64,000 nucleotides of DNA. Source: a virus. Taxonomy: Duplodnaviria > Caudoviricetes. Positions 1-10,200 of the stretch are shown here, one piece after another. Positions within the stretch are counted from its first letter, which is position 1. Every line of letters starts with the position of its first letter. The position numbers and the translations under genes are program-made. Where the stretch lies: the IMG/VR virus record IMGVR_UViG_3300033066_001857, positions 5,002 through 69,001 of that record. One strand, 5' to 3'. Below the pieces are notes generated by a model that searched no databases, was not told where the DNA came from, and was given only the letters and a program-made list of their open reading frames with translations.

Positions 1-181
1 CCCCTTCAATTCCTTTTAAAAGAGGGTTCTCAGACTTCATCATTTTTATACGGGAATACAAATCCCCGATATTCTGAACAGTCTGGTCAATGCCATAGTC
101 CGGAAGTTCCGGCTTTTGGTTATCAATGTTCAGTTGGGCTAAATCAATATTTAATCCGGGATAAAAGGGAGTATCGGGCAT
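1..181 (-). CDS. N-terminal fragment of the next large virion/ejection protein; runs off the window
   Basis: ATG at 181-179, 3 nt after the stop of 185..3163; open for 60 codons (MPDTPFYPGLNIDLAQLNIDNQKPELPDYG...) to the window edge. Confidence 0.7.
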   Translation of the reverse strand, partial: MPDTPFYPGLNIDLAQLNIDNQKPELPDYGIDQTVQNIGDLYSRIKMMKSENPLLKGIEG

Positions 182-184
182 TGT

Positions 185-3163
185 TTAGTTTTGAGAACTC
201 CGTGCTTCCTGCTGGAGCTGTTCAAGAGAATATATCATTGAAGGTTTAGGCTCAAGAGCTTTCTTTTGTTTTGAGTAGTTAAAATACGCATTCAAAAGTT
301 CGCTGTATAAGCCAGAAACAGCATCGTCAAGACGACTTGTCATAAACGGTGCGGACATTCCCTGAGGAGGAGCATTTTTAAAACTGATTTCTTTTCCATT
401 TGCATCATACATTTTATAGCTCATTTTGAGATCATACCCTTCTCCGTTAGGACGCTTTATAATCTTTCCGCCAAATCCTTTTTCGTTCAGTTCAGGAGCT
501 ATTTCATAAGGCTCTCCTTGATTTATGTCAATCAAGCGAGAAACAATACTGGGCTTTTGCCTTTCGATGTTGGTAACATTATCTGCGCTAAGTTCTACGC
601 CATATTGTTGAATTTTCTCCAGAACTCCTTGCGGAAAGGGATTTCCTTTTGCTTGGAATTGTTTAATGAAAGCCTCTGTCGGGAAGAAGGTGATAGAAGA
701 GCTTTTCCCATCAGAACCAATCTGATTAAAATAAACTTTTCCATCCTCTGGCTTCATGTCTGTAACCTCATTTCTAAATACATTCAGTATTTGTTTAACC
801 TTAGAGAAACTTCCAAGATTATCCAAATTCAATATTTTGGTAACATCTGTCAAGTTATCTTCACTAAAGGCTTGATGAAGAGCCAGATCAGCATTTTCTT
901 TCCCTACCTTATCATCATCTTTTCTCAGAAGAAGTTCATATGTCGGGAACGTAAATGCAGTCTTTCCGTCTTTACCCAGGGTAGCATTAATAAAAGAAGA
1001 CTGCCCTGTTGAAATAAAGCTCTTAAACTTCTCATCAAATTTGACTTTTGTCTTATCGTAATCAGATTCCAGTTTATCAAACATCCGTTGTGCCATCTCT
1101 TGATTTGAGGCAGCTACGGGTATGGGTATAACTGATCCAACTACATTCTGAACAACATTTTGCATCCATCTCGATACAGAGTTTGAAACCCTTATCGAAC
1201 CAGGAAAGTTGGAATGGTCCATGGCTGCATCTTCAGCAGATTGCATCTCAGCCAAATGTTGAAGTAGTTCATCTCTGGAGGCATAGCCGGTTTTACGCTT
1301 GAGGTATTCTGCTTTAGAAAGAACTTTGCTGTGCTCATCAGCAATATCATTGAATTCTCCACCCTGCAGGATTTGAGATTTGATTTTTGCATCATCGTCT
1401 TTGAAGACGTTGTACGCTTCCATGAGGCGGTTAAGAACTTTGTACTTCTGATAGAGCGGAGCAGAGGCAGATGCATTTGCATCATCTGAACCTGCATTAT
1501 CAATTATCTTCTTGATCGAATTCTTTCCTGCAAGCATCAATCCTTTGAAAACATCCCCAAAGCTCATGCTTCCATCAGGAGTTTCTATTTTTCCTTCGAT
1601 AATGGCTTGCTTGATCCTTTCTACATCTTTGGGGAATTTCTGAGCCAAAGAGTACTGGCTTGCTCCGCCAATAGCTTCAGTGGAAGCCCCATTCTTTAAT
1701 TGATCATTGAATGCAGTAAGAAAATCCGCACTCAAGCCAAGTTCAGGGAGAGCATCATGCACAAAGCTTGCACCTTGATCATACAATGCATCTCCTAATT
1801 GCTTTCTCTGAGACTGATAGTACTCATACTTATCAACTGTTTGTTGGCCATAAGGGTTCAGTCCAAGAGGAACAGGTGTATTGATATCGGAAGTGGCTGT
1901 CTTAGGAGCTTCTTCAGTAGTTCCTTTTGTGGCCTTCGTTCCGGCTGAAGCAGCTTCTGTTTGCAGTTTGGCTTCCTGTATTTTGAGATCAATACCTTTT
2001 GCCCAAACATCATCCATGGACAACTTATAAGAAGCAGTTGAGCTTGCAAGACCAGTAGCCCACAAACGGGTTATGTTTTTAGAGGCTGTTAGCATATAGG
2101 GAATCCAAAGATCACGACTATAGCTATTCAAAGTCCTTGCATAGTTTGCATTTTGAACGTAGTTATCTTGTACCTTATCATAACCCATATCACGAATTGC
2201 GCCTTCTACTTCTTTAGTTTTTGCTGTAATTAAATCAATACGCTTTTGATAATCAAGCATTTGATCATGGTTCACATCAGTAATAGGTTCTTTCTGAAGT
2301 AGGGCTTTTAAATCCTCTACAGCTTGATTATTCTCCTTTATCTGTGCAGTATATTCATCAAACTGGTCCCGCATCGCAGAACTTGCAAGAGAAGTTCTTG
2401 CAGTAGCTTCGTCTCCAAGACGATAAGTTTCATTTGCAATATCTTGGTCAGCTTGAACTCTTCCCATAACTTTTAAAACCTCTCTTTCTTGTTGACCAAG
2501 CTGGGATTGTGCAAATATGTAAAAGGGAAGCTTTGCATCCTGCCCATTTTCTTGTGTAATTTTAAATTCACCTTTTAAAGAGTCCTTAACAACTTTAAGG
2601 TGCATTTTTTCAGCAGCATTATTCAACTTTCCTATGATATCTACATAGGGAACATAGTTTCTAACCTCCGTATTATTAAGCTCTTCTGAAGTTTTAGCTT
2701 CACGAAGCTTCTTTATAGAGTTATAGACATCTGCTGCTCCTGTATCCCAATATTGAGATCTTTCTTTATCGTCCTTAGAATTCTTCAGCTTCTCAATAAA
2801 AGAAGCCTGAGAATTTGCCTGATTTGTTTTATATAGGTCTGTGAGGATATCTGGGTCAGTGGTCATTGGCTTATAGATCGAGTTTGCAGCAGAGACATTT
2901 TCACTCAGGGAAAAGTCTGCTCCTGCAATCTTCCTGAGCTGCTCAGAAGCCTGTTGCATATAGGTATCTCTCTTTGCAAGACCTATTTGGGAAGATACCC
3001 CCAGATTTCCCATTGCGTTATACTTCTGACCTACTTCTTGTAGACCCTTATTGAATTCGGCTTGTTTTTGCCGCTGTACTTGGAATAGGAATTCAGAGGG
3101 TGCTTCAAACTGAGGCACCTCAAAGGAGGCAGGGTTTGCTAATGAAGGTACATATGTAGCCAT
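185..3163 (-). CDS. Large helical internal virion (ejection/cargo) protein, crAss-like
   Basis: 992 aa; N-terminus MATYVPSLANPASFEVPQF resembles crAss-like cargo protein starts; lies downstream of the muzzle and cargo genes. Confidence 0.6.
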   Translation of the reverse strand: MATYVPSLANPASFEVPQFEAPSEFLFQVQRQKQAEFNKGLQEVGQKYNAMGNLGVSSQIGLAKRDTYMQQASEQLRKIAGADFSLSENVSAANSIYKPMTTDPDILTDLYKTNQANSQASFIEKLKNSKDDKERSQYWDTGAADVYNSIKKLREAKTSEELNNTEVRNYVPYVDIIGKLNNAAEKMHLKVVKDSLKGEFKITQENGQDAKLPFYIFAQSQLGQQEREVLKVMGRVQADQDIANETYRLGDEATARTSLASSAMRDQFDEYTAQIKENNQAVEDLKALLQKEPITDVNHDQMLDYQKRIDLITAKTKEVEGAIRDMGYDKVQDNYVQNANYARTLNSYSRDLWIPYMLTASKNITRLWATGLASSTASYKLSMDDVWAKGIDLKIQEAKLQTEAASAGTKATKGTTEEAPKTATSDINTPVPLGLNPYGQQTVDKYEYYQSQRKQLGDALYDQGASFVHDALPELGLSADFLTAFNDQLKNGASTEAIGGASQYSLAQKFPKDVERIKQAIIEGKIETPDGSMSFGDVFKGLMLAGKNSIKKIIDNAGSDDANASASAPLYQKYKVLNRLMEAYNVFKDDDAKIKSQILQGGEFNDIADEHSKVLSKAEYLKRKTGYASRDELLQHLAEMQSAEDAAMDHSNFPGSIRVSNSVSRWMQNVVQNVVGSVIPIPVAASNQEMAQRMFDKLESDYDKTKVKFDEKFKSFISTGQSSFINATLGKDGKTAFTFPTYELLLRKDDDKVGKENADLALHQAFSEDNLTDVTKILNLDNLGSFSKVKQILNVFRNEVTDMKPEDGKVYFNQIGSDGKSSSITFFPTEAFIKQFQAKGNPFPQGVLEKIQQYGVELSADNVTNIERQKPSIVSRLIDINQGEPYEIAPELNEKGFGGKIIKRPNGEGYDLKMSYKMYDANGKEISFKNAPPQGMSAPFMTSRLDDAVSGLYSELLNAYFNYSKQKKALEPKPSMIYSLEQLQQEARSSQN

Positions 3164-3183
3164 TTCTACGGTATTAAGATAGT

Positions 3184-3213
3184 AAAAAACTCCCGAAAAT
3201 TTGTATTTCGGAG
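3184..3213 (-). terminator. Intrinsic terminator after the 609-aa cargo gene
   Basis: Minus strand CTCCGAAA-TACAAAT-TTTCGGGAG followed by TTTTTT. Confidence 0.6.
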
Positions 3214-3238
3214 CAACTCAAAAATATTTAAAATTTAA

Positions 3239-5068
3239 CTACTGACCGTAGTTATAAGGAGAGGTAATGAGGCCTGGGTTGCGGGCAGTGACATCATTTC
3301 CGTACGCGTCTCTTCCTTTATAGGTTGCATAGATAGCGTTTTGCCACTTGTCATAGAGCCACTTGTCATCAGCATTCTGAAGAGCCTCAGGGAGGGTCCT
3401 CTTGAACTCTTCAAAGCTCATTCCAGGGGTTGCTTGAGAGCTTCCTCCCTGACTAGTCAACCTGGCAAATTGGCGGTTCGGATCTAAAGAAGAAGCTTTC
3501 CTGACAATTTGTCCGTTTGCAGTAACCATGAAATCTTGGTTGATTACATTTCCTGCATTGCGTACCTGACGGTTTCTTTCGGCATTGTTCAGGCCCTTCA
3601 GGAACTGATTGAGACGGAACCGTTTTTCATCGTCATAGCTCTGATTCGTAGCCGCTGTTTGGGCATTGTATTGTGCATCCATCTGAGCATTAATGCTTGC
3701 AGTTTGGTTTCTGAACTGAGCATTTTCCGAATTCACCTGCATTCTCGCAGCTTGGTTGGCATTAAATTCTGCCATAAAGCTTTGATTCAGAGGATCTAAG
3801 GATTGACCAAAGATCTCGGCATTTCTTGCAGAGGCTGCAGAACCAGATCCAGCCAGAACATTATTTGCTGTCTGAGCACTTGCTACCTGGCCTTTTATGG
3901 ACTGTCTTTGAGCCTCAAAGTCGACCGGGTTAAAGCCAACGCTCTGGTTTTGAATATGGCCCCTAATTGGAGAATACTTCTTTAAGGGGATCATATACGG
4001 AGCAGCCATATTGACAAAGTCAATATCTCCATAGCCCGTATCAGAGTTCCTGTCCTGAAAAGTATTTGGAGCATCCCCAAAAGGATTAAACTTTGGACTT
4101 TGATCTGCAGCAGCCCCTGCTGTCTTTGCAACCGGAGCATCCTGTGCATCCGGAGGAACATCCCCAGGATGAACGGTCAAATCCGGATTTGGGACATCGA
4201 TTCTATCCTGCTTGGGGTGGGAATAGACTGTTGCATTTATGATCCATTTCTTTGTTACAGGATCATAATACCAGTCCTGCTTTCTATATTTCTTGCTTCG
4301 TGTGGGCCATTCATGAAGACCTTGATAAGGAGGAATACCTATTCCTGCACGGGTGCTTTTTACTACACCTGCAGAACTCCGTTGTCCAGGAAGGCCTGTA
4401 CCCAGTCCGCCAACCAATTCTCCCAACTGAGCCCTTTTAAGCTTTACTGCACCACCCTTTTTCATTGTCTCTTGCTCAACTGGAGCATTTGGGTCTTCTC
4501 CTCCAATTTCAGGAACCCCTGTAGGAAATCCTTTCAGGGACTCTTGGACGAACGCTAAACGATTCAGCTTTGTTCTCATCGAAGCCAGGCTAAGGGCGGC
4601 AGTATCTTTTTCGAGATCCCCCGACTCTTTACTACGAGCAAGCTCTAAAAGCTTATTTGTGGGATAACGTTTCGCAATCTCAGCAGGAGTAAATCCTTTT
4701 TTTGCCAATTTAGAGTCAGGATTTATACCAAACTCATTCAGGATATCACCCTTGATCCTCAAGGACTTATCGTTAGAAAAGATGAATGATCCAGGCTCTG
4801 CCTCAATGGGAGTTCCTCCTTGGGAGTGTTTCTTTCCCCCAATAGAAAAATTCTCCATATCAGGAGTTAGAATTCGTTCACCCTTTTCAGCCTCAATAGT
4901 TGCATCTTCCTCATCGGCTTCTGGAAACTGGGAACGAACATTTCCCTCGGTATCCTTTTGGGTAATAAATGACCGTGTGGTATCCAGACCATAAGTTTTT
5001 GGGTTCTGTTGCCACAGAGGTTTTATCACATTGCCTTTCGGCATTCCTTTTATTTTAATTCGTGCCAT
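3239..5068 (-). CDS. crAss-like cargo/ejection protein
   Basis: 609 aa; IEAEKGE...GGKKHSQGGTP...GSFIFS motif typical of crAss-like cargo proteins; Gln/Ala/Asn-rich helical C-half. Confidence 0.65.
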   Translation of the reverse strand: MARIKIKGMPKGNVIKPLWQQNPKTYGLDTTRSFITQKDTEGNVRSQFPEADEEDATIEAEKGERILTPDMENFSIGGKKHSQGGTPIEAEPGSFIFSNDKSLRIKGDILNEFGINPDSKLAKKGFTPAEIAKRYPTNKLLELARSKESGDLEKDTAALSLASMRTKLNRLAFVQESLKGFPTGVPEIGGEDPNAPVEQETMKKGGAVKLKRAQLGELVGGLGTGLPGQRSSAGVVKSTRAGIGIPPYQGLHEWPTRSKKYRKQDWYYDPVTKKWIINATVYSHPKQDRIDVPNPDLTVHPGDVPPDAQDAPVAKTAGAAADQSPKFNPFGDAPNTFQDRNSDTGYGDIDFVNMAAPYMIPLKKYSPIRGHIQNQSVGFNPVDFEAQRQSIKGQVASAQTANNVLAGSGSAASARNAEIFGQSLDPLNQSFMAEFNANQAARMQVNSENAQFRNQTASINAQMDAQYNAQTAATNQSYDDEKRFRLNQFLKGLNNAERNRQVRNAGNVINQDFMVTANGQIVRKASSLDPNRQFARLTSQGGSSQATPGMSFEEFKRTLPEALQNADDKWLYDKWQNAIYATYKGRDAYGNDVTARNPGLITSPYNYGQ

Positions 5069-5071
5069 AGT

Positions 5072-6871
5072 TTAATCTAATTTTTCAAAATCGTATCCAG
5101 AAGCTTTTAAGTATTCGAGCTGCTCATCAGTAACGTCATACTCCCCACCCTTTTTGAAATGCATGTTTCCAATAACTTTCTTGAGTTCTTGTTCATAATT
5201 CTTGGCAGAAGCATAACGCTGACCTTTAGAATTGGTATAGTTCTCAAGAAGTTGCTCAGGGGTTTTCTTGTTAAGGTAGCTTCCTGCAACAAGATTATAG
5301 TAGACATTTATACCATCCTGAACAGTATTAAAGGTTTTGGTAGCACCATCATCTGTATTTCCTACGTTGAAGGCATTCTTAGTGCGCTGTGGCTTGTTTC
5401 CTTTGCCTTGCGCAAGATAGCCCTCAATCTGGAGCTGGGCGAGTGCTAACTCGACAGGAACCACCTTTCCGAACCTCTGATAGGCATGTGCTGCACCTTG
5501 AGCCAGCATTTCCCCAGAAATATCTGCTTTGGGGAACTTAGTTTTAAGGTACTTATTTGCCTTGTCTGCATATCCCTGAAGCTCAGGAGACATTGCTACA
5601 GAAGATCCCACCCCAGAAGCAACATTTGAAAGAGCTCTTTTGGAGGGACTATCGGGAAGAGGGACTGTTTTGGGAGAAGGTGCCGGTCTTGGCATTTCTG
5701 GAAGTGGCTCTGTTGTAGGAGCCATGTATGAGATATCTTCCGGAATAATACCCCCTATTTGATAAGCCATCGGATTTCCGTACTGTTCTTCTTTAGTAAG
5801 ATACTGAATATTTGGCTGGCTTTGAAGGACCTGCATTTGTTTTTGGTATTCCAGATCCTGTTTCTCACGCAGCATTTGAGCCCATTTAGAAAGGCCCATA
5901 TTCAATAGATTCAATTCAGGAAGAAAGTTATTATCATTATTCTTAGGAGGTTTAATGGTTTTATACAGTTTTTCTGGGTGAGGTTCCCCTGAAGAAATGG
6001 TATCTACCTTCTGATTCTTCATCATATCCCAGACATTGCTATGTAAACCACCCTCTTGATGCTTCCATTTCCTGGCATTCTTTGCAAACTGAGCCATCTT
6101 CCTTACATGAGGATCTTTAGAGTGCAAAGCTTCCTCTGTAGTTTTTCCTGTGCGTTTTTTATATTCGGTAAATTTACCACGGTTCTCAGGTTTAATATGA
6201 ATACCACCCTTCTTCATTTCAGGAGCTTTTCCCTTCCTGAGCTGAGTAGATCGAATAGCTCCAGGGTTAATAGGGACCAGGTCAGAAGAATGTGGATCAG
6301 TATACCAATAGTGAGTTCCATCGGTTTGTATATCATCAATAGAAACTCCCTGCGGAACAGTTAAAGGAAGGGGCTTAGCTGGGGGAGGTGGAATATACTG
6401 TTTTCCTGTAGTTGCATCTATATACTGAGGAATCTTATCTACATAAGCATTCTCACCTGTCATCATCCCTCTGGACAAGGCAAATCTTTTAGCTTCAGCA
6501 TTTGCTGCTTCCAGGGAATTTATCCCACCCCCTGCTTGATAATGCATAGTATTGCCCTTAGACTTAGCTCCAAAGAACCTACGCTGCTTATCTGTAAGAG
6601 GGTGACCGTGCACTGATTTGTCATGCAGGATCTCCCTTGCCTTATTTGGAGTAAGTCCTCCTTTCTTTTTAAGAGGTACCTCATGAACCATTTCTCCCGG
6701 GAACTGATATTCTGCCCCAGGAACCATGATAAGTTGGTTGCCAAAGTTATCTGTGGCAAGAACCTTGTGAGGAACACCCTTCATTGTCACCCGTCCAGAC
6801 GGAATGATCAAAGAGGATTCGTTTTTGTCAGGGGAGTTTTTCTTGTATCCCTGTGTAGAGACTTTTGCCAT
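5072..6871 (-). CDS. Cargo protein with C-terminal lysozyme-like (glucosaminidase/FlgJ-like) muralytic domain
   Basis: 599 aa; GGIHIKPENRGKFT...ARKWKH block; C-terminal ALAQLQIEG...NAFNVGN...YASAKNY resembles lysozyme-fold peptidoglycan hydrolases. Confidence 0.6.
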   Translation of the reverse strand: MAKVSTQGYKKNSPDKNESSLIIPSGRVTMKGVPHKVLATDNFGNQLIMVPGAEYQFPGEMVHEVPLKKKGGLTPNKAREILHDKSVHGHPLTDKQRRFFGAKSKGNTMHYQAGGGINSLEAANAEAKRFALSRGMMTGENAYVDKIPQYIDATTGKQYIPPPPAKPLPLTVPQGVSIDDIQTDGTHYWYTDPHSSDLVPINPGAIRSTQLRKGKAPEMKKGGIHIKPENRGKFTEYKKRTGKTTEEALHSKDPHVRKMAQFAKNARKWKHQEGGLHSNVWDMMKNQKVDTISSGEPHPEKLYKTIKPPKNNDNNFLPELNLLNMGLSKWAQMLREKQDLEYQKQMQVLQSQPNIQYLTKEEQYGNPMAYQIGGIIPEDISYMAPTTEPLPEMPRPAPSPKTVPLPDSPSKRALSNVASGVGSSVAMSPELQGYADKANKYLKTKFPKADISGEMLAQGAAHAYQRFGKVVPVELALAQLQIEGYLAQGKGNKPQRTKNAFNVGNTDDGATKTFNTVQDGINVYYNLVAGSYLNKKTPEQLLENYTNSKGQRYASAKNYEQELKKVIGNMHFKKGGEYDVTDEQLEYLKASGYDFEKLD

Positions 6872-7248
6872 TATTGGAGGAATTTGAGCTTATACAAAGT
6901 TTGGGCAGCAAGTTTAGAAAGGCTATCCATCTCATTTAAGATCCAGCTTTCTTTATACTGTGATCGACTAGCATCAATCATACTATAGAAGTTTTGCACA
7001 AAAGATACCGGCTCTTCATATGTACTTTGTGGGATTGTGATATCCTGAAGTCCATAAATACCCTGGATGGATTCTACAAGTCCGTCAGTAATATCCAAAA
7101 CTTCATCGTAGAATTCGTTCATGGCTTTGTGTGCAGCATAACTTCCAGTCCCCTTAAGTTTTAGGTGGATGATGTGTGCAGTGTCTCTTGCCTGAAATAG
7201 CTTCGACAAGAACTCATTTGACCGGTTGGGTCTGGGAATAGTTGCCAT
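6871..7248 (-). CDS. Ferritin/Dps-like four-helix protein (DUF5856-like)
   Basis: 125 aa; HIIHL...SYAAHKAMNEFYDEVLDITDGLVESIQG pattern; TAATG-coupled to both neighbours. Confidence 0.7.
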   Translation of the reverse strand: MATIPRPNRSNEFLSKLFQARDTAHIIHLKLKGTGSYAAHKAMNEFYDEVLDITDGLVESIQGIYGLQDITIPQSTYEEPVSFVQNFYSMIDASRSQYKESWILNEMDSLSKLAAQTLYKLKFLQ

Positions 7249-10200
7249 TATCTGAACGATTTAATTTGTTTTTGACGAGTTAAGAGTAAGAGCATCTTGA
7301 CATTTCCAGACACATTTTTCCGCAGTATTAAAGCGGTACTGTTGTGCCGGATCTTCTTCTTGTTAGAGGACGTCTTGGTATAATCTAAGTTATTAGAGTT
7401 CAATATCTTCTTATAACCATTTGTCTGAGTCTTAAAGATCGTTCTCCAGTTTGTAGTAAACTGACCACGATTCTTTGTCATATCCCAGAACTGATTAAAG
7501 CGATACTTCTGCTCTTGCTTGCTTACTTCTATCTCAACGCCATTGCTTGTAACTTTAGGATAGTTCAGGATTAAAAACGGGCGGTTATATTCTCTTGGAA
7601 TAAGCTTCAACAGGCCAGAACATTGTTCTGAGTTATAAATAACAGCCCTGTCAAAGTTTTCATCCAAGATGTGAAAACGGTCGTCGTCGAAATATTTAAA
7701 GCATTCTAATTGATACTCAATACTTTCCAAGGAAGTTACTTCGTTTGCGTCAGAGTATGAATACTCTACTTCCCATGGATACTCTACGTCGTAGAACACG
7801 CAATAGGAATCTTTGGTGTCGTTATGCTTCCAGATATAAGAATTCTTGAAGCTGTGGAAGTGAGTGTATCCCTGGATAACCCAGTCCGGATGCCAGTCGT
7901 GAAAGCTCACCCAAGATTTGATTTTGGGATCATAAGAGAGTGTCCAGCTAGCATCATTGAAAAATCTAGGGTCTCCCAAGATGAAGCGTGAACCTCTGGC
8001 AAGCTTAAATTCATCTCCACCAAGATATTCCACAAGTCCGACAAACTCTTCCTTGAGTTCATAGTCCTTTTTGGAAAAATACAATACCTCATTTGTATTG
8101 TCAAATACAGAGAGGCATCCCACTCCTGATACCGGGTTATCGTACAGTTCAAAAGTAGGGAACTGCTTCAATAGTTTTGAAGGCAGTTGCTCTGCCAGCC
8201 ACCACTTAAGTCCGACTGAGATATCCTCAATTTGACCAGTGTAATGCAGAATCTTCCCCTGACGTTGCGAAATATAGAAAACACCATACTGCGTACTCAC
8301 GACGGAGAACCCAGATTGACATTCGCTAAACTCAAAGTCAGAATTGGAAACAGACTGAGGCTGTCTTGCAAACAGTTCCCCATCCCCAATAGTAATCTTA
8401 ATGCCAGCACTTGTATGCATTTCATCTACACCCACATGGAGTTTTGTAGAAGAATTTTCAAAAAAGTACAAGGCTCCTGTACGATTAACTTCTTTGATTG
8501 TACTGATTTTACCATCAGCTTTCGGGAAAATAAAGTTATTATTTACCAGAAAATCTCTCCATGTATCTCTTTTGCTTTCAAGATTTGAGGGAAGAGAGTA
8601 AATCAGCTTATTTGGTTCATATGCAAAACACTTTGCATTTGCAATAGAAAAGTCCCGGAGCTGCACCTGTCCATAGGTAAGGTTCAGCTGCTTTATCGGA
8701 GAAAGAGATTTGTCTATCTTGAAGTAGTTATCCTCTCTTATGATATCGCTTCTGAACAGAATTGTGAGGTCTGTAGAGAACTCTTTGTCGTAGTGCCTGG
8801 TAGCATCTTCCGCAGTAGAGTTTTCCCGGAAAGGAAGATTGTAAGAGCTTTCTACAAAGAATCTTACAACTGCAGAATTGTAAAGATAGAAGTAACCGTT
8901 CTTTACAACAAATGAAAGCTTTGATTTACAGTCGCTATGTTTACGATCCAGATAATGTAAATCATTTGGGAGCTGGATATTTGTCAGTCTAAAGAACTGA
9001 GAAATATCGTACTCGTGCGAATCCATCCAATACCTCGGAAAGGTAATGTTTGGATACATTCTATAATCAAACTCGAAGCCATTTGGGACATCATAGGCAG
9101 TCTGATTAAAGAAGTGCATCTTACGTTTGAGAGTAAACTCATCAATAATAGTATCCCCACCAAAGATTATATCCGAAGCAGCCTTTGTTCCCTCTTCAAC
9201 AGGGAATACCTGGGCAGCAGTCGGAATAAGTCTTGCTGAATCTACCTGTCCATACTGAGATTTAAGTTTCTTCCGTATAGAGACGTAGTATGCAGAAGCG
9301 GTGGTTTCAAAAGGTTTTGTTGGATCTGCCCATAATTGCTTTGTTCCAATTGTCTGACGCGTATCATCTACGGTCGTAGGATCAGCAATTGTATCATTAA
9401 GCTTCATGATAACAGAAGATTCCCTAAGGTTATTGTTTACGCGATAGCCATCAAACTCTTGATGGCCGGAAAACAAATAACTGTAATCTTCAATTCTCCT
9501 AACCGTATTGTCTGACTTTGGACAAATCTGCTTTGAATATAACGCTTCAGCATTATATTGATAAGCATATTGTTGGAAAGGAATCAGTTGCTTTATGACC
9601 TCCAGGGTTTTTTGCGTTCCCTGAGAAAAGTAATAAGTAAATAAAACAGCACTGTTTGCAATTTTTAATACCGTAGGTATTTTATCAGCAGCGGTTTCCT
9701 CTACAGATCGTGAGGTAGCTCCCTTGCCTTTAAGAAGGCTGCTAAGGATACTTCCTATCGCACTGCTGCTAAATAAGTTGCTTACCAACGGTATTGGTTT
9801 ATAGGCCTTTGCACCTACCCCAAATATCTCAACGCTGCCCTCCACAATGGTTGGGTCAACATTGTAAGTTCGCTTCCCGGCAATGGCAAGGATTCCCTCA
9901 CCAATACCTACAACTGCAGAAGCGAAAAATGCAAAGTCCCTAATAAGTTTCTCCCTGGGGTGACGATATACCTGTTCAAAGGCACCTCGTACTTTCCCAG
10001 AATATTCTGCTTCGACCTTTAAAATAGGTCCCAATGTAGGATTAGCTAAGCTTGTTTCAGGAGAGTGAAACGTAAAGTGTTTTCTGCTAAAGGTTCCTAC
10101 CGACTTGTAGTCTTTCCCTTCACAGCCTCCCTTTACCTGCTTTGCAGATAAGAAGGGGTCTGTTCTCAGGTCGTTGAGAGGATAGTTTGGGTACAGGGTT

